DNA of 64,000 bases. Origin: a virus. This document shows positions 34,324 to 43,623 of the stretch, in pieces. The notes under the pieces were generated by a model, which searched no databases, had not been told where the DNA came from, and saw only the letters and a list, made by a program, of their open reading frames with translations. The stretch lies in the IMG/VR virus record IMGVR_UViG_3300037307_000190; one strand, 5' to 3'. Both the position numbers and the translations under genes were made by a program. The stretch's first letter is position 1. The number at the start of each line of letters is the position of its first letter.

Positions 34324-35984
34324 CCGCGCTCATCGACCTGCGTCAAGGAACCCCGGAATGGCACGCGCACCGGGCCCAGTACCGCAACGCCTCAGACGCG
34401 CCGGCCATGATGGGTTGCTCGCCCTACGAAACCCGCACGCAACTGCTGCACCGGCTCTACACCGGCGTGCAGCCAAAGGTGGATGCGGCCACGCAGCGGC
34501 GCTTCGACGAAGGGCACCGCGCCGAGGCGCTGTGCCGCCCGCTGGCTGAGGCAATCCTCGAAGAGGACTTGGCGCCAGCGGTCGTTGTCGATGGGCACCT
34601 GTCTGCGTCGCTGGACGGCCGGACCCTTATGGGTGACGTGGACTGGGAGCACAAGTTGTTGAACGATGAACTGCGAGCCGTGCTGCCAGAAGCCGGCGTT
34701 GGCGGCCCAGGGGTGGGCGATGCGCTGCCGCTGCTGTATCGGGTGCAGATGGCTCACCAGCAGTATTGCAGCGATGCTGAGAAGACGCTGTTCTCCGCAA
34801 GCAAGTGGGCCGACGACGGCACGCTCATCGAGGCTCGCCACTGTGTTTACGAACGTGACCTGGGACTTATGGAAGCCGTGCTTGCCGGCTGGGTGCAGTT
34901 CGAGCGCGACCTAACCGCCTACGTCCCGCCGCCCGAGAAGGACGCGGTGGTTGCCGAAGCCCAGTCTCATTTGCCAGCCGTCAGTGTGCAGGTCAGCGGC
35001 GAACTGTCAATCATCAGCAACCTTGTCCCCTTCGGCGTGGCGCTGCGTGAGTTCGTCGGCAAGATCCCCCGTCGGCCATCGACGGATCAGGAGTTCGCGG
35101 ACACGGAAGCCGCATGCAAGCGGCTGAGGGAAGTGGAGGACAAGCTGCAGGCGGCCGAGGATTCGGCGCTCGCCAGCATGGCCGACGTGAACGATCTGCG
35201 CCGCGTGGTCGGAGAACTGCGGGAGTTGGCCCGCTCCACCCGCCTGGGCAGCGAGAAGCTGGTGAGGGCGAGGAAGGAGCAAATCCGCGAGGAAGAAGTA
35301 GCCCGCGGCACAAGAGCGCTGGCCGAGCATGTCGAGCAGATCAACGCTCGCCTGGGTGGTCGATGGATGCCACCACAATCTGTTGGCAATTTCGCCGTGG
35401 CCATCAAGGGCCTGAAGACCATCGACAGCCTGCGCAACGCCATCGATACCGAACTGGCCCGAGCGAAGATCGCCGCGAACGAAACGGCGGATCGCATCAG
35501 GGACAACATCCAGACGATCAACGCCGCATGCATGCCCACCCTGTTCGCGGACTCATCGGCTCTCGTGCTCAAAGACCCCGAGGCCGTGACCGCGATCGTC
35601 GCACAGCGTGTCGCGGATCACAGGGCACAGGAGGAGCGGCGCATGGCGGTCGAGCGTGAGCGCATCCGCGCGGAAGAAGCGGCCAAGGCCCAGGCCGAGG
35701 TCGCCAGCGCACAGAAGCCGGCTGCGCTCCCGCTGGTAACGCCGCCGGCGCCGCCCGTGAGTCAAGGTGATTCGTCGGTCATGCCGCGGATCAGCTTGGG
35801 CATGATGCACGAGCGCCTGGGGTTCCAGTTGAGCCAGCAGTTCATCGACACCACGCTGGGCGTCAAGCCGTCAGCGCGCATCAAGGCTTCTGTGCTCTAC
35901 CGGCCGTCGGAGTGGGCGACGATCTGCGACAAGTTGGCCGCGCACGTCATCAAGCTGTCCGGCGAGCCGTGGCCGACTGAGTGA
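34320..35984 (+). CDS. YqaJ-type recombination exonuclease fused to a long coiled-coil C-terminal region (554 aa)
   Basis: ATGA overlap with the ERF stop. The N-terminal GTPEWHAHRAQYRNASDAPAMMG pattern is YqaJ-like. The C-terminal ~350 aa are helical and Ala/Glu/Arg-rich. Confidence 0.7.
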   Translation: MTALIDLRQGTPEWHAHRAQYRNASDAPAMMGCSPYETRTQLLHRLYTGVQPKVDAATQRRFDEGHRAEALCRPLAEAILEEDLAPAVVVDGHLSASLDGRTLMGDVDWEHKLLNDELRAVLPEAGVGGPGVGDALPLLYRVQMAHQQYCSDAEKTLFSASKWADDGTLIEARHCVYERDLGLMEAVLAGWVQFERDLTAYVPPPEKDAVVAEAQSHLPAVSVQVSGELSIISNLVPFGVALREFVGKIPRRPSTDQEFADTEAACKRLREVEDKLQAAEDSALASMADVNDLRRVVGELRELARSTRLGSEKLVRARKEQIREEEVARGTRALAEHVEQINARLGGRWMPPQSVGNFAVAIKGLKTIDSLRNAIDTELARAKIAANETADRIRDNIQTINAACMPTLFADSSALVLKDPEAVTAIVAQRVADHRAQEERRMAVERERIRAEEAAKAQAEVASAQKPAALPLVTPPAPPVSQGDSSVMPRISLGMMHERLGFQLSQQFIDTTLGVKPSARIKASVLYRPSEWATICDKLAAHVIKLSGEPWPTE

Positions 35985-36069
35985 CAATCAACGGGGGCGT
36001 CCGTGCCGGCGAATAGCGTCCATCTCATCCTCCCTTGCCGGCGGTATCTCTGATACCCGCCCCCACCCC

Positions 36070-36450
36070 ATGCCCCTGCAACTGCCCTACCCGGTGTCGA
36101 CCAACCGGATGTACCGGGTCTATCGTGGTCGGCCGCACCTGAGCCCCGAGGCCAAGGCGTACAAGGATCACGTCGCTTGGCTGGCGGCATTCAGCAAGGT
36201 AAAGATGTTGCATGGCCCGATCGGCATGTCGATCCTTGTGCAGCCCAAGCTCACCAAGAAGGGCGTGGTGAGCGAGCAGCAGATCGACCTGTCGAACTGC
36301 GTGAAGGTCGCCGAGGACGCCCTGCAAGGCGTGTGGTTCGTCAATGACAAGCAGGTGCGCAAGCTGACGTTGGACATCGCCGATCACGGCATCGTCGGCG
36401 GCGGGATGATGGTCGATGTGTGGCCGCTCGCCGCAGGAACACCAGCATGA
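36070..36450 (+). CDS. rusA: RusA-family Holliday junction resolvase
   Basis: LPYPVSTNRMY...IDLSNCVKVAEDALQGVWFVNDKQV matches the RusA pattern. 126 aa. Confidence 0.8.
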   Translation: MPLQLPYPVSTNRMYRVYRGRPHLSPEAKAYKDHVAWLAAFSKVKMLHGPIGMSILVQPKLTKKGVVSEQQIDLSNCVKVAEDALQGVWFVNDKQVRKLTLDIADHGIVGGGMMVDVWPLAAGTPA

Positions 36451-37079
36451 AGCAACGTATTGGACAAGCGGGCTACGCCCGCATGGCGAGAGCGCTGACC
36501 GACTCAGCGCTGACCATCCAAGACCTGCCGGCGGCGGCCAAGGTCGGCCGCACGGCCGCGAGGCGGTTTGTGTCGGTTTTGCACGAGCTTGGTCACGTGT
36601 ACATCGAGTCGTGGATCGTCGAGCCCAAGCGTTCCCCGAAGCCGCTTTGGCGCTTGGGGTCGTATTCAGACACACCGCCACCAACCGTGCGTTGTAGCGG
36701 TCGCCCAGTTTCAGGCGTGCGCAACTACTCGACCTCCCAGCGACCCGTCGAGCTGGTGTCTTGGAGCAAGCTGCTTGTCCGTCTGCAAGATGGTGGAACT
36801 GTGGCAGAACTGTCTCTGTGGTCTGGCTTGTATCCGACGACGGTACGCCGCGCCATTGCAGCGTTGCGGCGGGAGGGCGTGGTGCACGTGTGCGGATGGC
36901 GGACGCACGCTGCAGGGCGCCCTGTGGCCGAGTATGGATGGGGCAACGACCCGGATATACCGCGCCCAAAGCGCAGTCAAACAAGCATCAAGCGCGACTA
37001 CGCGGCCCGCAAGCGCATGCGCGCGCTGACTATGGCGCTAACCGGGGGCGTGGTGGTCGAACGCCTTCCGCTCCATTGA
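36447..37079 (+). CDS. tandem winged-helix DNA-binding protein (210 aa), possible regulator
   Basis: ATGA overlap with the rusA stop. Two wHTH-like segments: TIQDLPAAAKVGRTAARRFVSVLHELG and TVAELSLWSGLYPTTVRRAIAALRREG. Confidence 0.55.
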   Translation: MKQRIGQAGYARMARALTDSALTIQDLPAAAKVGRTAARRFVSVLHELGHVYIESWIVEPKRSPKPLWRLGSYSDTPPPTVRCSGRPVSGVRNYSTSQRPVELVSWSKLLVRLQDGGTVAELSLWSGLYPTTVRRAIAALRREGVVHVCGWRTHAAGRPVAEYGWGNDPDIPRPKRSQTSIKRDYAARKRMRALTMALTGGVVVERLPLH

Positions 37080-37220
37080 CGAGAGCACTTCCACGAAGGA
37101 GATTGGGTGGGAGTACCACACCGCCAAGACGCGCACGCTTGAAGAAGCGCGGCAGGCGTACCGCGCTGCCCGTAAATACGCCTAGCGTTGGATTGTGCGC
37201 GGGCACATAGATCGAACCGC

Positions 37221-37249
37221 TGACCATCGCCACGCTCGTGGCACATAAT
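37221..37249 (+). promoter_or_regulatory. candidate promoter (TGACCA-17 nt-CATAAT) ending 5 nt before the tRNA-like element
   Basis: Boxes at 37221-26 and 37244-49, with the spacer counted by hand. Confidence 0.4.
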
Positions 37250-37254
37250 CGCGT

Positions 37255-37327
37255 GGCGGGATAGCTCAGGCAGTAGAGCGCGGGCGTCATGCGCCCGAGG
37301 TCGGCGGTGCAGCTCCGTCTCCCGCAT
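37255..37327 (+). tRNA. tRNA-like element, anticodon CAU, with non-canonical features
   Basis: Folds by hand as GGCGGGA TA GCTC AGGCAGTA GAGC G CGGGC GTCATGC GCCCG AGGTC GGCGG TGCAGCT CCGTC TCCCGCA T. It has a G1-A72 mismatch, G32/G37, T-loop TGCAGCT instead of TTCRANY, and no encoded CCA. Confidence 0.5.
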
Positions 37328-37353
37328 CCGGTCCATCTGCCAAGCCTCGCACC

Positions 37354-37539
37354 ATGAGTCATCGCTACTGGCGCATATACATCACGGCATCCGCCCTAGG
37401 CGGCGTCAGTGGCGACTTGGCAATCGGCGAAATAGAGATGCGCGAATCTATTGGCGGCTCTGACGTGACAGGGTCTGGAGGTGAGGTGGCCAGCATCACC
37501 GATCCCACACAGCTCAGGTATGAGCTGACCGAGGTCTGA
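37354..37539 (+). CDS. small protein (61 aa) with an HRYWRIYIT...EIEMRESIGG motif
   Basis: Track ORF. The N-terminus resembles those of phage fibre-associated galactose-binding-like proteins (recollection). No clear SD. Confidence 0.4.
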   Translation: MSHRYWRIYITASALGGVSGDLAIGEIEMRESIGGSDVTGSGGEVASITDPTQLRYELTEV

Positions 37540-37541
37540 CG

Positions 37542-40500
37542 GTGGCTATCGGTTTTCGCGCAGCAGGAGCGTGGGCCTCGGGCTCTACGTCCGTCACGCC
37601 AGCGCTGCCTTCTGGCAACGCGGCCGGCGATATAAATGTGCTGTTCGTCGGGTGCAAGCCCTATAGCGCAACAATCAACACGCCGAGCGGCTGGACCAAG
37701 CTAGCCGCCGGCAGCGGTGCCAACGGCACCACGGCCAGCGGCGTCGACACTGGATCGGTGCAGTGGGCCACGTTCTACCGAGAGTGGCAGAGCGGCGACG
37801 CAGCGCCGACAGTCAGTGTCACTAGCGGCAACGTCACGCTGGCCAGCATTCGCGGATTCACTAAGGGCGCGGGCGAAAACTGGCTGACCCCCGTTGCCGG
37901 CAAAGGGTCGGATACCAGCAGCGGGACCGGGTTTTCTATTACCAGCGATGTAAATGTCGGCATCGCGTCCGGCGATTACGTCGTCCACGGCGCTGTCATC
38001 GCCGGCAACAACGCGACCTTTGGCAGCCCGACCCTGACCGCGACGGGCTGCACGTTCGGCGCCGTCACTGAAAGTCCGACGACCGAGGGATCAACCGCCA
38101 CCGGGAATGACCTCGAGGCCAGCGCGTTTTACACGACCTGCACCGCAGGCCCGTCAAGCGCGGCCCCCGTGGCTGGCTGGACCCTGAGTGTCGCGCAGAC
38201 GGGCGGCGGCAGCATCACTCGGTTGCGAGTGACGACTACCACTAGTGGGGCTGGATCGTCGGCAGGATCGGCGACCGCAAGCGCCGACGGCCGGCGGATT
38301 GTGTCTAGCGCGGGGTCATCGACCACCGCACTGGCGACAGCGACCGCGGTGGGTCGAGCAAGCGCACGCGCGGCTGGTGCAGCGTCAGGTGGCGCGACCG
38401 TGTCCGGGGTGGGTGGATACGTCATCAGCGCCATCGGCACGGCCGCCGGCACGTCCACGGTCAATGCCTCGGGAGCTACCGTCGCCGCAGCAGCCGGCGC
38501 GTCGTCTGGTACAGCCGGCGTTAACGCAGTCGCCGTTGGCATCGGTGCTGCCGTTGGTGCGTCGGCCGGAGTGTCCACAGTTGCGGGCACGTCCGCAGCC
38601 AGGGCGGCAGGGGGCGGGGCGGCGGCGGGCGCAGGGTCGGTCGTTGGCGTTGGTGCGGCCAGCGGGCCGGCAAGCGGGACATCGTCCGGCACAGGGTCTG
38701 TTTCCGGGGTCGGCGTCGGGATCGGAGCCGGGGCTGGCGCCTCGAGCAGTGCCGCGACAGTCACCGGAGCTGGCTTCGCCAGCGCCTACTCGTCGGGCGC
38801 AGGGTCGGCGACCGGCACCGCAACCGTAGCGGGTGTCGGGCAGGCCACGTCTGAGTCGGCCGGCTCGTCTGCCGGTGTAGCGGCTGTAGCGGGCGTTGGC
38901 CAGGCCACCTCCGAGGCTGACGGGTCCGCCTCCGGGGCCGCCACAGTCTCCGGCAAGGGCCTTCAGCGCGAGCCGACCTACGACCCCTGGTACGGCCACG
39001 TCCAACTGCTGCTGCACGGCGAGGGCACAGAGGGCGGGACCACGTTCACCGATTCTGGTCCGCGCGGTCATGCGCCGGACTCCATTTTCGGCAACGTGCG
39101 CACGCTGGACGACACAGCGAAATTTGGTACGAGATCTATCTATTTCGACGGATCAACCGATCGCATTACCTACAGCAACACCGACAAGTATTTCTACCCG
39201 CAGCAACTGGATTTCACTATCGAGGGGTGGATATATCCGACCTTGATGCCAACGTCGACAACCTGGAAGGGCATCTACGGGCGACGAGTTTTCGGTGGCA
39301 ACTCTGCAACTAGATGGGTTATCCATATCTCCGGGCCCGCCGGCAACAAAGTCACTTTCGAAAGTCCGCTTTGCTACATATCGACAGCCTCGGCTGCCAC
39401 GATAAACGCATGGCAGCACATTGCCGTGGTCCGCAAGGCGGGCGTGTTCCGCATTTTCCTCAACGGTGTAAAGGGCGTCGACGACGACAACAACCTTGCC
39501 GACGAGCTACCGAACGACGCGGCTCAAACCGTGTCGTTCGGTGTGCTGTCGTCTGGATCGACCTCAAACGAATTCCAAGGATTCCTCGACGATTGGCGAG
39601 TCACCGAAGGAGTTGCTCGGTATTGGGAAGACTTTACCCCGCACGTCGATGAGCTACCCAATGCCCATCTACCCGACGAGCCGGTCTACATGGGCCGAGG
39701 CAATGCTGCGGCATCCGCGGGCGCGGGCAGTGTCTCGTATCGAGCAGGCTGGCAGGCCGATGAGTTCATGGTGCTCGCGGTCGAGACGGCCAACGAGCCC
39801 ATCGCCACACCATCTGGGTGGACGGCGCCATCCAACTCGTCACAGCAGGCCGGGAGCGCCGGGACGGGTGTTGGTCTGCAGGTGTTCACGCGACTGGCCC
39901 AGGCCGGCGATTCAGGGTCTGTCTCACTGCCGGATGCGGGCGACCATTGGCACGCCCGCATATGGCACTTTCGCTACGTCGCCGGCATGGATGTCAACCC
40001 GGCTGGTGACACAGACGGCACAGGCAGCACGACGATCTCCTGGCCGCCTATATCCACGTCGTCTTCCAAGACCATCGTCATGGGCCTGTCTGCCCATGCG
40101 ACAGACGGGCTGGTGTGGGAAGGCAACCGCATCAGCGTGTCCGGGCTTGAGCGTGTCGCCGAGCTGCACGGAGGTCAAACCGATGCAGGCAACGGCGGGG
40201 GGTTCTACGCTTGGTATGGGTACGCCACCAGCGCCAAGACGATTTCCGGCGCCGCGGCCATCCTCAAGACATCGAGTATTCAGGCTCGCGTCATCCTGGC
40301 CCTCAAGCCGGCGACGATTGCATCCGGGGCAGGGTCAGCTTCTGGCGCGGGGTCTGCATCCGGTGTAGGTGCCGAAGGGGGCGGCACGGTCGCGTCGGGC
40401 GCAGGCTCGTCGTCTGGTGTCGCCACAGTATCGGCTGTTGGCAGGCGCATCGTCGTTTCCGCGGGTGCATCCGACGGGGCAGCAACCGCATCCGCTGCAG

Positions 40501-42989
40501 GCGCGGCCATTGTCCCGGCCAGTGGATCGTCGACTTCCGCGGCTACCGTATCGGGCGTCGGTGCCTACGTCCTTGCCGGGTCAGGCACAGCGTCTGGTGC
40601 GTCCACGGTCACCGGAGTTGGTGCCGCGGTCGCCCATGCTGCGGGATCATCGGCAGGCGTCGCCTCAGTATCCGCAGTCGGCCAAGGCGTCGGGCCGGCA
40701 TCTGGCGCATCGGCCGGTGCTGCCACCGTGTTGGGTGTTGGGCGGGCCACGTCCGAGTCGGCCGGCTCGTCTGCCGGTGTAGCGGCTGTAGCGGGTGTTG
40801 GGTCGGCTTCGGGTCAGGCAGTCGGCTCGTCGGCTGGTGGTTCTACGGTCTCAGGCACAGGGCTTGCCCTGTCGTCTGGCGTCGGCGCGTCGTCCGGGGC
40901 GTCCACAGTCAACGGTGCTTCCGCATCTAGGGCGGCAGGATCAGGTGCGGCCGCAGGCGCAGCATCGGTAAGCGGTGTCGGCGCGGCCGGTGTCCCGGCA
41001 AGCGGAGCATCGGCGGGCACGGGGTCGGTGTCTGGTGTCGGCGCCGGTGTCGGCGCTGGCGCGGGTTCGTCGAGCGGCGCGGCCAGCGTCAGCGGCGTTG
41101 GTCTGGCCACAGGCTACTCATCGGGCGCAGGATCGTCGGCGGGTGTTGCGGCAGTCTCGGGCGTCGGCCGGGCCACCTCCGAGGCTGACGGGTCCGCCGC
41201 TGGCAGTTCAACGGCGACGGCGACGGCAGCAGCGGTCGGTCAAGCCAGCGGCTCGGCCGCCGGGTCAGCGACAGCATCCGCCACCGCAGCGGCAGTCAGC
41301 GCAGCCGCCGGATCGTCCACAGGATCGGCGAGTGTCGCTGCGGTCGGCCTGGGCGTGTCCCAGGGCTCAGGTGCGGCCGCCGGCAGTTCGACGGTGTCGG
41401 GCGTCACCTCGGCAACCGGGTCTGCGGCCGGGTCGTCGTCCGGCGCAGCGTCGGTGGCAGGGGTCGGGCTTGGCATCGGCGCGGCCAGCGGTGCCTCGGC
41501 GGGTAGCGGGTCTGCCACCGCATCCTCCCAGACGTACAACGTCGGCGCCGGGGCTTCCGCTGGGTCTGCGACGGTCACGGGCACCGGCTTGGCCTTGTCT
41601 GCTGGTGCTGGATCTGCCGCCGGCATGGCCACGGCCGCCGGTCTCTCGGGCGGGACTCAGCCGGCCACGGGATCTGCCACCGGCACATCGACCGTGTCCG
41701 GGGTCGGGCTAGGGATCGGCGAGGCGGCTGGCTCGGCCAGTGGTTCTGCGACCGTCACGGGCGTGTCGTCGGCCTCTTCGGTCGGATCGTCTGCCGGATC
41801 GTCAACCGTCACCGGTGTGGGCGTGGCCATCGGGTCGGCCGGCGGTGCGGCGGATGGCTCGGCGGTCGTTTCTGGTGTTGGACAAGCCCTGTCCGCAGGC
41901 GTTGGAGCAAGCTCAGGCGCCGCAAGCGTGTCTGGCGTCGGGTCCGCATCTGCCCAGGGTGCCGGGGCTGCGGCCGGGACTGCAACAGCGGCCGGACAAA
42001 GCGCTGCCCTGCGGCCGGGGGCTGGATCGTCCAGCGCAAGCGCCACGGTGTCGGGCGTCGGGGTGTCGGTCGGTGCCGGTGCGGGCTCATCCGCCGGATC
42101 CGCAACCACCGACGGCGTTTCTCAGACGCTCGCCGCCGGCGCGGGTTCTTCGACCGGTCTGGCAAGCGTGGCCGGTGTCGGGCAGGCGACCTGCGTCGCT
42201 GCTGGGTCGGCGTCCGGTCTGGGCACCTGCATCGGCACGTCCAGCGACTTGGCGCCGCGCGCCGGGATGTCGTCCGGCTCAAGCACCGCAGTCGCCGTCG
42301 GCGTGGCCATCCAGGTCGCCGCTGGCACATCTTCGGGTGTCGCGGCGGTCAACGGGGCTGCTCAACAGATCAACACCGGTGTCGGATCATCGGCAGGCTC
42401 CAGCACGGCCGCAGCGATTGCCGTGGCCTACCAAGTGGGCGATGGACTGTCCAGCGGCTCGAGTACGGTGTCCGGCTCTGGTGTCGGCGTGCAGGCCGGT
42501 GCAGGCACATCAACCGGCGTGTCCACAGCGCAGGCGATCGCGAACTTCTTCGTGCTCGCCAGTGGGGTGGCGTCTGGGTCATCGGCGGTCAATGGTGCCG
42601 GCCTTTGCATCGGCGAGGGTGTTGGTTCTTCGCATGGGTCTTCAACCGTCGCGGCGGGCGCACAGGCGTTGTCCGAGGCCGCCGGCACATCGTCAGGTAG
42701 TGCGAATGTCACGGGTTACTCGACGCCGATGTCTCCTTCTCAGGGGGCGGCCAGTGGCTCTGTTACAGTCATCGGGATCGGCCGCGCAGTAGGTGCCGCG
42801 GTCGGATTCTCAGCGGGATCGGCGAGCGCTGCGGGCAGTACCGCCCCTGGCGAACTGCAATCACTCAGTCGGTTGTCCGTGCTGAGTGTCCAGTGCTCCC
42901 CGGTCGTGCTCGGGATTCTGCGCACGCAACCCGTCGTCGGTGGCAAGCCAGACGTGCATACTGTCGATGGCGGATTTCTTCACCTCTAG
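37542..42989 (+). CDS. 1815-aa Gly/Ala/Ser-repeat fibre-like protein with duplicated globular domains and a LamG/ConA-like lectin domain
   Basis: I read the whole frame by hand. Three parts are visible:
- Two related globular segments (PSGWTKLA... and PSGWTAPS...).
- A central segment LDFTIEGWIYP...WQHIAVVRKAGVFRIFLNGV...FQGFLDDWRVTEG.
- More than 1000 aa of approximately 14-residue AGSSxGxAxVSGVG-type repeats. Confidence 0.8.
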   Translation: MAIGFRAAGAWASGSTSVTPALPSGNAAGDINVLFVGCKPYSATINTPSGWTKLAAGSGANGTTASGVDTGSVQWATFYREWQSGDAAPTVSVTSGNVTLASIRGFTKGAGENWLTPVAGKGSDTSSGTGFSITSDVNVGIASGDYVVHGAVIAGNNATFGSPTLTATGCTFGAVTESPTTEGSTATGNDLEASAFYTTCTAGPSSAAPVAGWTLSVAQTGGGSITRLRVTTTTSGAGSSAGSATASADGRRIVSSAGSSTTALATATAVGRASARAAGAASGGATVSGVGGYVISAIGTAAGTSTVNASGATVAAAAGASSGTAGVNAVAVGIGAAVGASAGVSTVAGTSAARAAGGGAAAGAGSVVGVGAASGPASGTSSGTGSVSGVGVGIGAGAGASSSAATVTGAGFASAYSSGAGSATGTATVAGVGQATSESAGSSAGVAAVAGVGQATSEADGSASGAATVSGKGLQREPTYDPWYGHVQLLLHGEGTEGGTTFTDSGPRGHAPDSIFGNVRTLDDTAKFGTRSIYFDGSTDRITYSNTDKYFYPQQLDFTIEGWIYPTLMPTSTTWKGIYGRRVFGGNSATRWVIHISGPAGNKVTFESPLCYISTASAATINAWQHIAVVRKAGVFRIFLNGVKGVDDDNNLADELPNDAAQTVSFGVLSSGSTSNEFQGFLDDWRVTEGVARYWEDFTPHVDELPNAHLPDEPVYMGRGNAAASAGAGSVSYRAGWQADEFMVLAVETANEPIATPSGWTAPSNSSQQAGSAGTGVGLQVFTRLAQAGDSGSVSLPDAGDHWHARIWHFRYVAGMDVNPAGDTDGTGSTTISWPPISTSSSKTIVMGLSAHATDGLVWEGNRISVSGLERVAELHGGQTDAGNGGGFYAWYGYATSAKTISGAAAILKTSSIQARVILALKPATIASGAGSASGAGSASGVGAEGGGTVASGAGSSSGVATVSAVGRRIVVSAGASDGAATASAAGAAIVPASGSSTSAATVSGVGAYVLAGSGTASGASTVTGVGAAVAHAAGSSAGVASVSAVGQGVGPASGASAGAATVLGVGRATSESAGSSAGVAAVAGVGSASGQAVGSSAGGSTVSGTGLALSSGVGASSGASTVNGASASRAAGSGAAAGAASVSGVGAAGVPASGASAGTGSVSGVGAGVGAGAGSSSGAASVSGVGLATGYSSGAGSSAGVAAVSGVGRATSEADGSAAGSSTATATAAAVGQASGSAAGSATASATAAAVSAAAGSSTGSASVAAVGLGVSQGSGAAAGSSTVSGVTSATGSAAGSSSGAASVAGVGLGIGAASGASAGSGSATASSQTYNVGAGASAGSATVTGTGLALSAGAGSAAGMATAAGLSGGTQPATGSATGTSTVSGVGLGIGEAAGSASGSATVTGVSSASSVGSSAGSSTVTGVGVAIGSAGGAADGSAVVSGVGQALSAGVGASSGAASVSGVGSASAQGAGAAAGTATAAGQSAALRPGAGSSSASATVSGVGVSVGAGAGSSAGSATTDGVSQTLAAGAGSSTGLASVAGVGQATCVAAGSASGLGTCIGTSSDLAPRAGMSSGSSTAVAVGVAIQVAAGTSSGVAAVNGAAQQINTGVGSSAGSSTAAAIAVAYQVGDGLSSGSSTVSGSGVGVQAGAGTSTGVSTAQAIANFFVLASGVASGSSAVNGAGLCIGEGVGSSHGSSTVAAGAQALSEAAGTSSGSANVTGYSTPMSPSQGAASGSVTVIGIGRAVGAAVGFSAGSASAAGSTAPGELQSLSRLSVLSVQCSPVVLGILRTQPVVGGKPDVHTVDGGFLHL
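38844..38899 (+). repeat. 56-nt internal direct repeat, copy 1 (copy 2 at 40746..40801, 2 mismatches)
   Basis: gccacgtc(t/c)gagtcggccggctcgtctgccggtgtagcggctgtagcggg(c/t)gttgg read at both places. A further 28-nt identity lies at about 38903-38930 and 41163-41190. Confidence 0.85.
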
Positions 42990-42998
42990 GAGCTTCAC

Positions 42999-43427
42999 AT
43001 GAGCAAAGGCAACACCTTCGAGACCGACCTGCTGGCTCTCATCTTCAACGGCACCGCGATCGCCGACTTGGCGGAAAACGATACCACGTCGCCACTGACC
43101 AGCCTGTACTTGGCGCTGCACACGGCAGACCCCGGTGAAGCTGGAACTGCAACCACCAATGAGTGTGCGTACACCAGCTACGCGAGGAAGGCGGTGAACC
43201 GCAACAGCGGGGGGTTCACGGTCAGCGGAAGCTCGGTGACGCTGACTGCCGACCAGGACTTCGTCCAGGCCACCGGCGGGTCGGAAACGGCCACGCACTT
43301 CTCCGTGACCGTGGCCTCGTCCGGTGCGTCCAAGATCCTCTACAAGGGCACTGTGACGCCCAACATCGTCATCGCCAACGGCACCATTCCGCGGCTGACG
43401 ACCGGCACCACGATCATCGAAGACTGA
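42999..43427 (+). CDS. hypothetical virion/fibre-associated protein (142 aa)
   Basis: TAGGAG upstream. Track ORF, followed by a strong hairpin. Confidence 0.6.
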   Translation: MSKGNTFETDLLALIFNGTAIADLAENDTTSPLTSLYLALHTADPGEAGTATTNECAYTSYARKAVNRNSGGFTVSGSSVTLTADQDFVQATGGSETATHFSVTVASSGASKILYKGTVTPNIVIANGTIPRLTTGTTIIED

Positions 43428-43431
43428 CGAC

Positions 43432-43453
43432 CCGGCGCCCCTTGGGGCGCCGG
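43432..43453. terminator. bidirectional hairpin between convergent genes
   Basis: CCGGCGCCCC TT GGGGCGCCGG is a perfect palindrome. It lies 5 nt after the + stop and 3 nt after the minus-strand stop. Confidence 0.7.
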
Positions 43454-43455
43454 CT

Positions 43456-43623
43456 CTACTTCTGTCGGTAAGGGCGCCGCAGCCATCTTTCGAGGGCTGC
43501 GGTGCCTCGCCGTTTCAGCTCGTCCCAATCCTCCTGGCGCAGGCGGATCGAGCGCACGGCCCCGGGTAGGCCCTTCTCGGACCTCATGCCATCCGGCAGG
43601 GGTGGTCTTCCGATCTTCTTCAT
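43456..43623 (-). CDS. small protein (55 aa)
   Basis: Hand translation gives MKKIGRPPLPDGMRSEKGLPGAVRSIRLRQEDWDELKRRGTAALERWLRRPYRQK. ATGA overlap with the upstream stop. Confidence 0.5.
   Translation of the reverse strand: MKKIGRPPLPDGMRSEKGLPGAVRSIRLRQEDWDELKRRGTAALERWLRRPYRQK

Noticed and set aside
37180-37200. Adjacent GCCTAGC GTTGGAT (inverse-core-like next to core-like) downstream of the wHTH gene, as a possible attI or minimal attC.
   Set aside because: It is a single occurrence without palindromic arms, and too short to distinguish from chance.
38200-42800. Periodic short repeats that might suggest a CRISPR array or satellite DNA.
   Set aside because: The repeats are degenerate and in frame, and they encode the Gly/Ala/Ser repeat units of an intact 1815-codon ORF. 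There is no repeat-spacer structure.
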